Counted from the stretch's first letter, positions 47,763 through 60,480 are shown. The stretch: DNA of 64,000 nt from Cyanophora paradoxa CCMP329 (GCA_004431415.1 QPMI01000520.1:248001-312000), one strand, 5' to 3'. Made by a program: numbers and translations. The notes: generated by a model from the letters alone, not told the origin.

Positions 47763-49458
47763 TCCGTCTTCATTCTGCCATACGCGAAGGCCTTCAACGT
47801 TGGACGGGGCGCTGTATCAATCATCAGTATGTGCCCAGTGCCCCTGTTCGAGCGCTCCCGGTTTTCAGGCTCCGCCCCGCAGGCACAATCGCCTCCACCC
47901 TCTTCCCCCTCGCGGGCGCCCTCGTGGGGGCCCTCGCGGACCGCTGGGGGTACCGCAAGGTCCTCGTGGTGGGCGGGGTGCTCTTCTGCGCCGGATTCGC
48001 CATCAGCGCCTCCGCACAGGAGGTCTGGCACCTCTACCTCACGCAGGGTCCGGCCCCGTAGCGCGTACCCCCGCGCACCCGCGACCGCGTCCCCCCCGCA
48101 GGCGTCATTGTTGGCCTTGGAATATCAGCGCTCTTCTTCCCTTCCGTTTCAGTAGTGAATCAATGGGTCAAGAAAGAGTGCGTGTACCCCCTCTCCGCCA
48201 CCATGTTTCCCCTCTTTCTCCTTCCCCCCCCCCCCCTCCCCCTCCCCCCCCTCCCCTCTCTTACTCCTGGCCTTGAGGCAGGCGGCGGGGCCTTGCTGTG
48301 GGCGTGGCGAGCTCGGGCTCGGGCGTGGGGAACGCCCTCTTCGCCCTCCTCATCGAGGCCCTCGTCGCCTCCCAGGGCTGGCGGGTGCCCCCCGCCTTCA
48401 TCAGCCCCTCCCCTCCTCGCCCGCCCCACGCCCCGCCGCAGAACGCGCTGCTCGTGATCGCCGCGCTGCACGCCGGCCTCCTCTCCGTCGCCGTCGGCTT
48501 CCTCCGCCGCCGCCTCGTCCCGCCCCCGCCCCCGCCGGGCCCCGGCGGGGTCCCGCCCCGCCGTCCGCCCCTCTTCGACGTCGGGCTGCTGCGGCGGCGC
48601 AGCTTCCGCCTCCTCTACGCCGCGACGCTGCTCGGCCAGACCGGCTTCCTCATGTCCGCCCCCGGGCCCCCGGTGCCGCCCAGATCGCTCTGGTGGGATC
48701 TGACGGGGGGCGGCGGCAGGCCCTCCGCGCACGTGTCGGCGTTCGCGCAGGACCAGGGCATGCCGGCCGCCTTCGGGGCCCTCCTCGTCTCCCTCCTCGG
48801 CGCAGGCTCCGCGGTCGGGCGGGTCGCCCTGGGCCTCGCGGCGGACCGCTGGGGCCCCCTCCCCGTCCTCCGCCTCGCCATGCTCGTCAACGCCCTCGCC
48901 ATGCTCGCCTGGCCCTGGTGCACCCTGCCCCCGGCCCTCGCCGCCTTTTGCGCCCTCTACGGCTTCACCGTGCGCCCTGTACCACACCGGCCCCTCGCGC
49001 GGGCCCGAGAGCGGCGGGGTGCAGGGCGGGGGCTTCATCGGCGTGCTGCCGGTGGCGGCGGGGGAGCTTTTCGGGGTGGAGCGCCTGGCGCGCGCCTTCG
49101 GCCTCCTCTTCACCTCCTTCGGCGCCGCCAACGCGGCCACCTCGCCCCTCGCCGGCTTCCTCTTCGACGCCACCGGCTCCTACACCCCCGCCATCCTCGC
49201 CTTCTCCGGTCCCCTCCCCTCTCTCCTCACGACCCGGTTCCTTCGGTGACGGGCGCGGGGCTCGCAGGGTGCATGCTCGCGTCGGCATGCCTCCTCCTCT
49301 TCGTCCGCCCCGAGCAGCCCTCCGGCGCCGCCGTCGGCCCCGAGCTCGAGCTCGAGCTCCCCGCGAGGCAGCCGCGGCCCCGCGAGGCGCCGGAGGCGGC
49401 CCCCCCGTCCCCAGGGGACCTCTTGCCCGTCAAAGCCCCGCCGACCGTCGCCGTCTGA
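47763..49458 (+). pseudogene. Monocarboxylate transporter (SLC16/MCT), 3' part of the interrupted gene
   Basis: SVFILPYAKAFNVGRGAVSII|STIASTLFPLAGALVGALADRWGYR, LYLTQG..GLG, VNQW..RRGLAVGVASSGSGVG, GRVALGLAADRWG, ELFGVERLARAFG, PLAGFLFDATGSY; lacks its own TM1 and start. Confidence 0.88.
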
Positions 49459-49656
49459 CTCGTGATCATCTTGGCCGGTTAAAGCAGTTGCGCGTGCACC
49501 GAGGCACCGGCACCAGGAGTGGCAGTGGCGCTCTCCGGCGAAAGTGCTGCAAGGCAAGCACCGATCGCGAGCCACCCGCTTACTTACTAGTACTGTTTAT
49601 AATTAATTTTACTACTTTCCAAGTAAAATTACCGTCACAGTGTAGCGAGCGGGGGG

Positions 49657-51281
49657 CTAGGCCGGGGGCGGGGCGGGGCGGGCCTGGGGGGCGGCCTCGC
49701 GCTGGGCGCGCCAGGCGGCGACGTTCTCGCGGAGCTGGCGGACGATGGCGGGGTCCATGGGGACGGCGTTGGCGGCGCGGGCCGCGCGCGCGCGCCGGTA
49801 GCCCCGCTCGCCCGGCACGAAGATTTCGTCGACCCCCTCCACCCGCTTCGCCGCCTTCACCCGCCGCACCTGCCCCGCCCCCAGGCGCGTGAGCCCTAGC
49901 CTCGCGTGCTGCCCGGGGCCCGCGCGCCCCAGCGCCGGGGCCGCACCATGCGGCGGAGGGCGGCGCAGAAGGCGCTCGGCTCCCACAAGAGCTCCGGGTC
50001 CACCGCCAGCACCAAGTTCCCCTGCCGCCCCGTGAGGACGAGCCGGGCGGAGCGCGTGCTCTCAGACAAGCGTTGGGTGGATCTGTGGGGGCGGAAGTGG
50101 GGGCGTACCCAGTTGGAGTGGGGGTCGGCGAGGGTGGCGAAGGAGGCGCCGACGAGGGGCCCGCACAGGGCCTCCACCGCGAACGCCAGCCCCGAGCCTG
50201 CGCGAGGCCGCCTCAGGCCCCAGCGGCGCCGCCGCGAGGCCGCGCTGCGCGCTCGCTGGAGCTCGCCCTTGTGGGCGCCGAAGGGGCGGAGGGCGCCGCG
50301 GCGGGCGGCGGCGGGGTCCGTCGTGGGCCGCCCCGCCTCGTCGAAGGCGATGCCGTCGGGGAGCGCCCGCCCCGCCGCCTGCGCCTCCACCAGCCCGTAG
50401 TACGACGTCGCCGACGCCGCCAGGTCCAGCACCACCTGGGGGGGTGCGGCTACGTTATGGGGGGCACGGGTGCGCACGCGCGTGCGCGGGGGCGCACCGG
50501 GTCCTCCCCGGAGCCGGGGCCCCCCAAGCCCGCGCCGCCCTCCCCCTCCCCCTCCCCCTCCTCCTCGGCTAGGTCGGCGGCGCCGGGGAGGCACGTGGGA
50601 AACCCGATCGCCAGCGGATTCGTCCCGAAAATGCGCTCGTACGAGCCTGCCGCAGAGAGAGCGCGCGTTTTCCGGCCGCGGTACCGGTGCGGGCAAAGCC
50701 TCAGGAGGCGTGCGCACCCTCTGCACACATGAGCTCGGAGCAGGAGGAGAAGGCGAAGCCGATGAGGCCGGCCCTCGCCATCCGCTCGCAGTAGAAGCCG
50801 ATGGCGCCCGTGCCCGTGCACGTGTTCCGCGTCCCCACGATCGCCATCCCGTGCGCCTTTGCCTTCTCGATCGCCACGTCCGTCGCCCGCCGCATCACCA
50901 CGAAGCTGCGGCCCGCGCGCATGTACGGATGCGAGGATCTGCAGCTACGCACATGCAGGGCACGCGCACCCGAGGTTCTGCTCGCCGTTGATGAGTGCGG
51001 AGAGTTTCGTCTCGCGTTCGAAGCGCATGGGCTTCGCGTGCGGGCTCGGACTGATCGCGCCCACGCCACCCTTCGCCGCCAGCTTAGCTATGCCCTGCGC
51101 GCTTGCTCGGCCGCGCCACGACGTGCGCGCCGAGGCAGATGAACCATCGCACCTGCGTGTTGCCGCGGAGCTGCGCCCAGATGAGCGTCTCTGAGACGAT
51201 ATCGACTTCCTCGTTCGTGAGGCCGCGCAGCGCGAGTGCCTCGCGCGTGAGCGCTACAAGTTCGTCGAGCGACACAGACAT
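49657..51281 (-). CDS. Ldh_2 family NAD(P)-dependent oxidoreductase (malate/L-lactate/sulfolactate dehydrogenase type)
   Basis: AQLRGN, AIEKAKAHGMAIVG, GAIGFY, FGTNPLAIGFP, VVLDLAAS, DEAGRPTTDP, PFGAHKGSGLA, IFVPGERG. Confidence 0.9.
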
Positions 51282-51370
51282 CGAACCGATCTACACGTCA
51301 GCTAAGCGTCGAGCGCCACCGGCTTCTGAGCAGCCATTTCGCGTCGCGTACCCCGCGCCGAACGCACACC

Positions 51371-51408
51371 GTCGCACAAGTCGCACACGCGTCGCACACT
51401 GTCGCACA
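51371..51408. promoter_or_regulatory. Four GTCGCACA repeats in a divergent promoter
   Basis: Exact 8-mers at 51371, 51380, 51391 and 51401, between divergent ATGs at 51281 and 51492. Confidence 0.45.
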
Positions 51409-51491
51409 ACGCACGCCGGCGCCAGCGCATCAAAGCGCATGAGAAGCTGCAGGCGCGCGCTTCAGGCGTCGCGTACATTAACGCTGCCCGG

Positions 51492-52391
51492 ATGATCGTC
51501 GTATTGATGGGCGTGAGCGCGTGCGGGAAGACTACGGTCGGGAGGAAACTGGTTGAATCGCTCGGCTCCGGCTGGGTCTTCGTCGACGGCGACGATTTCC
51601 ACCCGCGTACGTTTCAATGCGGCTCCGGCTTCTGATCGCTCCGCGTTTGCTCAGCCGCTGAGTACGTGCAGCGGAGAACCGCGCGAAGATGGCCTCGGGG
51701 ACCCCGCTGACGTACGTGATCCACCTGTTTGCCAGCCGCGGGCCGGGCTGCGCCGGCGCCGTGCGTGCTCACGCTCTGTGCGCGCAGCGACGGGGACCGG
51801 CTGCCGTGGCTGCGGGCCATCGCCGGCTTCATCTCGGAGGCGCTGGACGCCGACCGCCACGCCGTGGTCGCCTGCTCGGCGCTGAAGGCGCGCTACCGCC
51901 ACCTCCTCCGGCACGAGCACGCGACCCCGCTCGTCCTGCCGCACCGCTCCCCGTGCGCCCTCCTCTTCCTCTACCTGCACGGCACGTACGAGCTCCTCCT
52001 CGAGCGCATCCGCGCCCGCGACGACCACTACATGAAGGAGAATGCGCGCAGGCCGCGCCCCGCCCCGCCGCGCCCCACGTGCACGCTCATGATCAGCGGC
52101 CGGCCGCGCCCGCACGCGCAGATGCTTCGTTCGCAGTTCGAGGCGCTGGAGGAGCCGGCGCGGCTGCGGATGGGCGAGGACGGCCTCCCGCGGGAGCCCG
52201 AGCCCGGGGCCCGGCCGCCGCCCCCGCCGGACTCCGAGCTGCCCGGCTGCGCCGCCTTCGTGGACGCGGCGGCCTGGGTCGAGGTCGGGCCGCCCCCGGA
52301 GGCCGTCGCCGCCAAGGCACTCCGCTGGGTCGACGCCGCCCTCCGCGCCGCGCCCCCGCCCCCGCACCCCGCCCACGGCGGCCCCGCGTAG
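51492..52391 (+). CDS. IDNK: Gluconokinase (GntK/IdnK family)
   Basis: MGVSACGKTTVG, FVDGDDFHP, NRAKMASGTPLTDGDRLPWL, VVACSALKARYR, RARDDHYM, LRSQFEALEEP. Confidence 0.95.
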
Positions 52392-52719
52392 GGGAGGGAT
52401 GGGGGTACCGGGTAGCCTGGAATCGGAGGGGTAGCTATAGGGGCAGGCAGGCAGACTGCAGGAATCCATGTAAGAAATGTAATAATATGAACGGAACAGG
52501 GACACTGCTGTCGCAGTGGCCCTGTTGGAGGGGAAGGACCTCTAAGTTCTGGGCAGGAAAGGGCAGGTTTAGGTTACAATTACGAAGTAGAGTCTGGATC
52601 ACTAGCAGACCGCGCCCGGCCCTGTGCAAGTGCGGCAAGTCCGGGCCGCGGGTGCAAGGGGGGGTACTTGTACACATTGCAGGGTACTGGGGCGGGGGGG
52701 GGGGGGGGGAGCGGGGCCA

Positions 52720-53400
52720 GAGAGGCGAGGCGGGCGGCCGGGCGAGGCGGGCGGCCGGGCGAGGCGGGCGGCCGGGCGAGGCGGGCGGGGTGGCGAGGCG
52801 GGCGGGTGCACGTGGGGTGGCGAGGCGGGCGGCGGCGGCGGCGGGCGGGAAAGCGGGAGGAGAGACAGGTGGCGCCGGCGCCGGGCCCTGCGCATAGCCT
52901 GCACATACGCAGAGCCGAGGCGTCAGCTCGCCCCGGACAGAGGCCGGCCAGCGGTGGCGGCCGGGCCAGGTGCGCAGCAGCAGCGGCGGGGCGAACCTGG
53001 AGTCGGCGAAGCTGAAGCATCCGGCGGGCGGCGGGCGGGAAAGCGGGAGGAGAGGTAGGTGGCGCCGGGACCTGCTGATAGCCTGCGCATGCGCAGAGCC
53101 GAGGCGTCAGCTCGCCCCGGACAGCGGCCGTGCGGGGGCGGGGCCCAGCGGGGACGGCCGGGTCACTGAGTCAGGTGCGCAGCAGCAGCGGCGGGGCGAG
53201 CCTGGAGTCGGCGAAGCTGAAGCATCCGGCGGAGCGGCGAAGCTGAAGTAGCCAGCGGGGCCGCGGGCGAGGAAGCGGGCGGGGCGGCAGGTGGCGCCGG
53301 GCCCTGCGCATAGCCTGCGCAAGGCCGAGGCGTCAGCTCGCGCCAGACAGCGGCGGCGCGGGGGCGGGGCCCAGCGGCAGCGGCCGGGTGAGATGCGTAG
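52720..53400. repeat. 17-bp tandem (GGCGAGGCGGGCGGCCG) plus three imperfect ~190-235 bp units
   Basis: Units start near 52847, 53037 and 53271; all share GGTGGCGCCGG..GCCGAGGCGTCAGCTCGC, and the first two share GGAGTCGGCGAAGCTGAAGC. Confidence 0.75.
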
Positions 53401-54276
53401 CATGCGCAGCGAAGCTGATGCGGGCGGGGAAGTCGATCGAAGCGGGTGGAGCGGGAGGGCCGAGGCGTCAGCGCGCCCTGCCGGAGAGCGGCGGTGTGGG
53501 GTCGAAGCCCAGCCCGGCGCGGCGTACTAGGAGCAGTTGCGAATACTGTAACGCCGCCACCATCTCGGGTCGCTGGCCGCGCGCGGGTCAAGACACGCGG
53601 GTCAAGACACGCGTGCGTGCACGTGCACTGCGGCCTGCACTCGATCGCGAGGCGCTTGAAGGGCTTGAAGGGTTCTAGATGTGCTTGAACCGAAGCCCGT
53701 CAGAAACCGAGCTCGAGAGCGTAGGCGAAACGCCGCGAGCGCGCACCGGAACGCGGCGTCGCGGGCGCGCGAATTGCTTCCGGTTGCAAGGCAGCTCAGC
53801 CCCGCGACCTCATCCACCACGACGCGCCATGCTCGTGTACCCAGCAATCGCCACAAACTCTCAGGAGCACTTTTTTCGGGCGCCCGGTACAACAGGTACT
53901 TGAGGCGGCCTAGCGCGCCACCCTGTGCCCCTTCGGTCTCGGCATGTATGACATGAATCGTCGGGCTCATCAGGCGCATTCAGGCGCACTTGGTCCGGCA
54001 GATATATCGCCACTTGGTGAGGCGCTAGATCACATTTTCGTAAAATGTGTTATTGCCCATTCCTGGCCCACCGGACGGGGCCCGGATGTCCCGGAACATA
54101 TTTCCGGGCTTCTAGGGGCATGCCTTGCGAGGATCCGGCGAGAAAACCAGGCTTTTTGGAGGTCGGGACATTTCGTTTTGGCCTAGGGTGGGCACCCGAA
54201 CACCCCCAAGTGGGGGAAGGGGAAGGGGGTCCTTCCCCAATAACGTAATCTATCTTTGAAGACGCGACCGAGAACC

Positions 54277-55294
54277 CTACTCGAACTTGCCGGTCTCCTT
54301 CAGCGCCTTCTCGAGGTCCAACAGCCGCCCTGCGATGGGGGTGCGGGCGTCAGTCGACGTCGGAGGCGGGTGCAGCAAACGCCGAGCTGCGCTGGGCGGG
54401 GTCGCGGGGGGGCGCGCCGGCGTCGGCCCAGTTCGTGAGGCCCTTCTCCATCTCGCCGCGGACGCGCTGGACGACGGGGTCCTCGTTCACCGCCGCCCAC
54501 CACGCCCGCAGCTTCGGGCGCGCCCCCAGCAGCCGCTCCTCCGTCCAGCCCCAGTACCGGAACAGGATGAAGTGGTAGTAGACGAAGGTGGGGTACAGCG
54601 CGAGGTCGGCGGTCGTGAGGCGGTCGCCGGCGAGGAAGCGGGTACCCCCGACGCACGCCTCGATCTGGTCCAGGTACGTCTCGATGGCCGCGAAGCTCTC
54701 CTCCCGCTTCTCCGCCGGCATCCGGTTGTACAGCGCCTGCCCCCGCCCGGGGTAAGACTGGCCCCGAAACAGAGAGAGCAAGCGCAGAGCAGATCGCGCG
54801 CCTTCTGGTGCGGGTGCATGTAAATGTCGTGGAGGCGGGCGATGTACGCGGCGCGGGCGCGCAGCTCGGGGGTCGCGGGGACCAGCTGCTGCCCCTTGTA
54901 CTTGTCCACCAGGAACTGCACGATCAGCTCGCTCTCCGGGAGCACCTGCCGCCCCCGAGGGAGGTCAGCCGGCGCCGGCCGCCGGGGCGCCGCTCGGAGC
55001 CGCCGGCGCGGCAGGGGCGGGGCGGGGCGGACGGTGCCGTCGGCCATCCTGAAGGCGGGGATCTTGCCCAGGGGGTTGATCGCAGACCACTCCGGCTTCT
55101 TGAAGCCCGGCGGCCGCTGCGCGCGCCCCGGTCGGATCGGAGGGAATCCGGCTTTGATCTGATTCAGACCTCGACGAGAATCTCCGTCTCAAGCCCCAGC
55201 GCGTAGACCACGTGCCGAGGTCGCGCGCCGAAGTTCGACGTCGGCTGCGCGTCTCCATCAGTGGGGCCGGCATGTGCGGTCGCATGTCTGCCAT
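54277..55294 (-). CDS. Glutathione S-transferase
   Basis: PTSNFGAR, INPLGKIP, VLPESELIVQFL, FLAGDRLTTADLALYP, PKLRAW; start approximate. Confidence 0.9.
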
Positions 55295-56009
55295 AGAGCG
55301 GAGCGCACGCCGCCGGCGCCGCCGGCCGGGCATGTGCGGCCGCGGGTCTATATATCATAGAGCGGCGCGCGCGCAGCCACCGGACGCACGGTCGTATAAA
55401 GGATGGGCTTCGACGTTGACGCCGAGCACTCAAACTGAACTGAGCTGGTTTGGCTGGCGCCGGCCGCGCGCCTTGTCTGAACCGAAAGCGAGAAGCATGT
55501 GCTCCGCTGCTGGGCAAGCCGGGCCGTGCTGGAGCTCCGTATCGACGCGCGCTGCACAGGAGCGATCGGGAGCGCGAAGGCGGGCATCTGGTCGTAGCCG
55601 GTTTTTTTCGCAGGCGGGTACGGCGAATCGGCCTCTCTGCCCGCTGCTAGCGCTCGCCTGAAGTGGGCGCTTTCGACTTGTGCACGCAACGCGCTTCAAT
55701 TAGGAAACGCAGCAGACCTCCGCACCGCCCCAGCCGGCGACCTGCTGTCGCTCCAGCGACCTGCTGTCGCTCAAGCGCTGCATCGCAAAAGCAAGGACAT
55801 CATCGCGTCTGCCTGTAGCAACGACCGCAAGTCGCCGCTTTTCGTCTGCAGCTGTCACAAGCATCCGGGCGCTAGGGCTTACAAAGCGCGCGGTTCCGCG
55901 CGCCTGCACGTGCAGCGGCGATCGAAAGCGCCAGTTCCCGGCGGCTACAAATTTTACAGAGCGATCCAGCCGCTGCGCGGCCCAGGTCGTGCGGGCGGAA
56001 GCGGCATCG

Positions 56010-57999
56010 ATGGTCGTCGCATCGCCGTCGCCGACGGGCGTGTCGGCCGCCGCCGATCTGCGTGCAAAGCTCTACAAGCGCAATGTCAAGCTGATTCCCG
56101 TCCGTTGCTTTGGCTGCCTCATCGGTCGACTTGGAAGTTTCTTATCCGGTCGCGTGCGCAGTTCATAAGATGCCTTCGGATGGCTTTGATAGCTCAGGTA
56201 ATCTACGCCTTGCTCTGCTCTGAGCTTGACTGCGGCTTGCACTGAGCGATCCTGCTTCGCCCAGGGCGTGATTGTTTATTACTGGCAAAACGAGATCGGC
56301 TGCTCCGTACGGGAAGTCCTGCTCCTCCAAACCCTCAGCAGCGTGTGGGTGGTGCTGCTGGAGGTGCCCTCGGGCTACCTGAGCGACCGTATCGGGAGGA
56401 AACGGACGCTGCTGCTTAGCGCCCTCTTCAACGCGTCCGCCTTCGTGCGCGCGCCCCCTCCGGAGCACGCCGGGGTTGAAGACGTGCTGCTGCAGGTCGC
56501 GTACGCGCTCGCGTTCAACGTCGCCGGCCTCGCTGTCGCCGAGACGCTCCTCGCCGTCGGCTACGCCCTCTGGCGCGCCCCGCCGGCTCGCCGGCCAGCG
56601 CGCTCCGCCCCTCGTGCTGACGGGCGCGGGCAGGTCGGGGACCGACGTCTCGATCCTGTACGAGAGCCTGAAGGGCCTGGGGTCGGACGGCGAGGGCCAG
56701 GCGCTGGGCAAGGAGTCGCGCACCCTCTTCTTCGCGCAGGCCACCGAGGCGACGGCGGCGGTCATCGGCGGCTACATCGGGACGCGCAACCTGCGGGCGG
56801 CCATGTGGGCCACCGCCGCGCCCTTCCTGCTCGTCTTCGCCATCGTCGCGGTGTACGTCGTGGAGCCGGCGGGCGAGGCGGACGAGTCCCGGCACCGCGC
56901 CCGGCCCCAGGGCTTCTTCGCACGCGAGGCGCGCCGCCTCTGCCGGCCGCCTCCGTCGCCTCCGACGCCAACGCGCCCCGCCCCGCGCAGGCTGCGGTGC
57001 TCAAGGGGATGCTGGCGGAGATACGGGCGGACCTGCGTCCCTCCGGGGCCATCCTCCTGCCCTTTTGCGCCGCGGCGCTCATCTTCACTGGGACGTACAC
57101 CGCCGTCTGGCTCTACCAGCCCCTCTGGGCCGAGGCCGGCATGGAGGTGCCCCCGCCCCGCCCCGCCCCGCCCGCCCCGCCCGCCCCGCGTCGAGCTCCG
57201 GGCGTGGCGCAGCTCTCTTTCTTCGGGTGGGCATGGGCAATTGTGAACCTCGCGGTCAGCGCGGGGGCGCTGCTGGCGGTCCCCGCCGAGAAGCGCGCGG
57301 GGACGCACAACGCCCTCTGCGGCGTCGGCGCGCTTCTCTGCGCCTCCTACGCCCTCTGCGCCTTCGCCCGCGCCCCCTGGGCCCTCGGTCCGCCCCCGCC
57401 CCTCCTCGCCCCGACTCCGCGCGCGCGCCCTCGGGCTCACTGCCCGGCCGCCAGTGGTGGCCGGCTGCTTCGTGAACAGCTGCCGGGGGATCACGGCGCC
57501 GGTGATCAACACGTACATCAACCGGCGGGTGCCCTCGGAGCGCCGGGCGACGCTCCTCTCCGTGCTCTCCCTCGCCATGCGCACCGTCTTCTGCGTCTTC
57601 TCGCCCATCAACGGCGCCGTCGGGCGCTCCCTCGGCCTCCACGCCTCCTGCCTCCTCTCCGGCTTCCTCCTCGGCGGCAGCGCGGCCGCCGCCATCCTCG
57701 CCTTCCGGCCCGTGTGCGGCCGGGAGGCGCCGCCGCCCCTCTCCGCGGGGGCCGAGCGGGAGTCTGCCGAGGTGGCCCTCATATCGCGCGCCCTCGACGA
57801 GTCCGTCGACCTCGAGCTCGAGGGGGCCGCCCGCCTGCCCCCGGCCCCCCCCGCCCCCGCCCCCTCCGCACCCGCCGCCCCCGCCCCCGAGAGGGCCCCC
57901 GCCCTCCTCTCCCCTGCTCCGAGCGCCCGCTCCCAGGGGGCGGGGCTCGCCCCCCGGCCCCCCAGCGCCCACCCGCCCCCGCTCGCCCCGGAGAGCTAG
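56010..57999 (+). CDS. MFS transporter (YxaM-like)
   Basis: LEVPSGYLSDRIGRKRTL, SGTDVSILYESL, INRRVPSERRATLLS. Confidence 0.88.
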
Positions 58000-58123
58000 C
58001 TAGCTAGCCAGCGCCTCGCCCCCGCGCAGCACGCATGCGCAGAACCCTATTGCACTCAATTTATTGCTTGCATCGCCGACTCGCGTACGTGTACGCACTT
58101 GTACACCAGGGCGCGGCGCAAGC

Positions 58124-60480
58124 CTAGGCCTCGCGGCGGGGGGCCGAGTCCGACGTGCTCCGCCCCGCGCCTCCGCCTCCGGCTTGGGCGGAGGCGGCGA
58201 CGGCGCGGGCGGCGGCGGCGAAGGAGAGGGTGAAGGAGGGGAGGCCGCGGGGCCCCGGGAAGGGCAGGGGCTCGGCGAGCCAGCCCTCGACCCCGGCGGC
58301 GAGGAGGACGAGGGCGACGAGGGCCGGCGCCTCGAGCCCCGCCGCCCCCGCCGCCCGCTCCAGCGCCCCCGCCTCGAAGCGCAGCGGGAGGCGCTCCGCG
58401 GCGAAGGCCGGCGCCGCCCGCCCGTAGTGCACCCGGGGCCGGTAGGCGTAGGGCGCGTCGGAGGGGGCGGGGGACGGGGCGAGCTCGCCGTCGGACCAGG
58501 CGGAGAAGAACAGGCGGGGTTTTTTGTCGGGCGGCGCGACGGCCTCGGCGGCGAGGAAGAAGGACTGCTGCGGCTCCCCGCTGAAGACGGCCGCCACGTC
58601 CAGGCAGTCCGCCAGCGCCCACCCGCACGCCCGCACGCGCACGTGCAGCGCCGGCCCCGCCCCGCGGGCGCCCGAGAGGGAGAGCTGGACGCGGCGGGCG
58701 AAGCTGGGGCCCTGCACCGTGCGCGGCGCCCCCTCGCCCTGCGCCGCCTCGGCCGCGTGAAGACGACGCGCGCGGCCGCCTCGGCGAGGGAGCGCCAGAG
58801 GGCGGGCCCGGCGCCGGCGCCGGCAAGGAGGCGGCCGAGCGGGCTCGCCCCGGGTCGGCTGCGAGGAGGCGGGCCGCCTCGCGGAGGGCCGCCGCGCGCG
58901 CCTCGCACGCCACGAGGGCCCCGGAGCAGGAGCGGACTCTCCGCCTCCCCCCCGCTGCGTCCGGCGCTGCCTCCCCGCGGCCTCCCCGGGGCGCCCGGCG
59001 GGCCCCGAGGGCGGCGAGGCGGCCCAGCGCCCCCTCGCACAGGGCCGCCGCGTCGGCCGTGGCCGCCGGCGGGCGGCCGCAAGCATCCCCTCCAGCGCCG
59101 GCCCGGGGTCGGCGAAGAGGGGGTACAGCCGCTCGCGCTCCGCCTCGCCTGCGCCGTGACAGTCGGGTCAAGGGCACTGCGGCAGCTCCCGCTTTCGAGG
59201 GGCGGGCCGCACGGGCGCGGGCGGCGGCGTCGTGGCGGCGAGGGCGGCCTCGCGGCGGTCGGCCTCCGGGAAGACGGGGCCGCAGTCCGCGCCCACGGGC
59301 GCCGCGTCGGGCCCCGGCCAGAAGCCGGCCGCGCACGGGCAGGGCGAGCCGGCCCAGGGGCCGCCCCAGCACCCGTCGGGCGGCGCCGCGCGCGCCGTGA
59401 GCGCCGCGGCGACCAGGAACTCGAGCAGGGCCGCCGGGCACAGCTGCACCTGCGTGGCCGCACCGGTCGCCCCAGGAGAGAGCTGGAGGGGGGTGTAGGG
59501 GGCGGGGGCCGCACGCCGAGGGCGATGCAGAGGGCGCGGTGGGCGAAGACGGGGACGCGCCCCCCGGGGAAGGGCGCGCTGCAGAGCTCCACGCAGGCCG
59601 CCAGGGGCACCTCCCCCAGCTCCGTGCTCGCGCCCCGGTAGAAGCCGTCCCCCTGCGCCCCCGCCCGCTCGGGATCAGCGGCCGGGCCCTCGGCGCCGGC
59701 GGCGGCGCTCACGAGCTCCTCGTCCCCGCACGTCTCGATCGAGTGCCTGCGGAGCGGGCGCGGGCGTGAGCGACGCAGGCGGAGCCGAGAAGAGCGGGGT
59801 CCGGCGGAGGCGCACACGGCGGCGCTGGAGGAGATCCGCAGGGCGCGGTCGGCGATGCGCCAGGAGCAGACGAGGTCCAGCGTGCCCAGCTCCGGGGGCT
59901 CCTCCCCCGCCTCGAAGCGCCTCGCCAGGATCCTCAACGACGAGATCCCGATCTCCGGCTCCTGCGATCTCAGATTGGGGGGGCGACCGCTCGCGCCGCG
60001 GGGCGCGCCGCTTTCGTCCGTTACCTGCAGCTCGTGCCACCTAGAACGGGCGGAACGCTGGACGATGCTGGCGTCGACTCGGACCGCGCTCGCGTCCGGC
60101 CCGCAGATGTCGAACACCGCGCGCGTCTCGTAGCTGCGCCGGCGCTGAGCTGTCTAGCTGCTACAAACAACAGCGACGCACTTGAAGGTGTCCTTGCCCG
60201 CACCGGCGCGCCAGTGGCCGTGTCTGCAAGATGATGAGCAGCCTCTGCCCGAGAAGGAGACGCGCTTCGCGATGCGGGATATTGTCTCGAAGGCGTTCGG
60301 CGTGAGGCGGCCGGCGAAGCGCGACGAGAGCGCAGCGGCAAGGAGCCTAGACTGGGTCAGCTGCTGAACAGAGCGGCAGACTGAGAAACCGAAGTGTCGC
60401 AGGCAGGCCCGCTTGAAGATTAGACATTCCGGAGCCTGCGCAGGCGCCAGCGTCGAACTCGAAGCGCTCTCCCCGATTAA
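58124..60480 (-). CDS. Hypothetical multi-exon protein, possibly a degenerate F-box/LRR family member
   Basis: GC3-biased exons separated by consensus introns; weak F-box-like ECLIFKRACLR..VCRS; boundaries uncertain. Confidence 0.35.
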
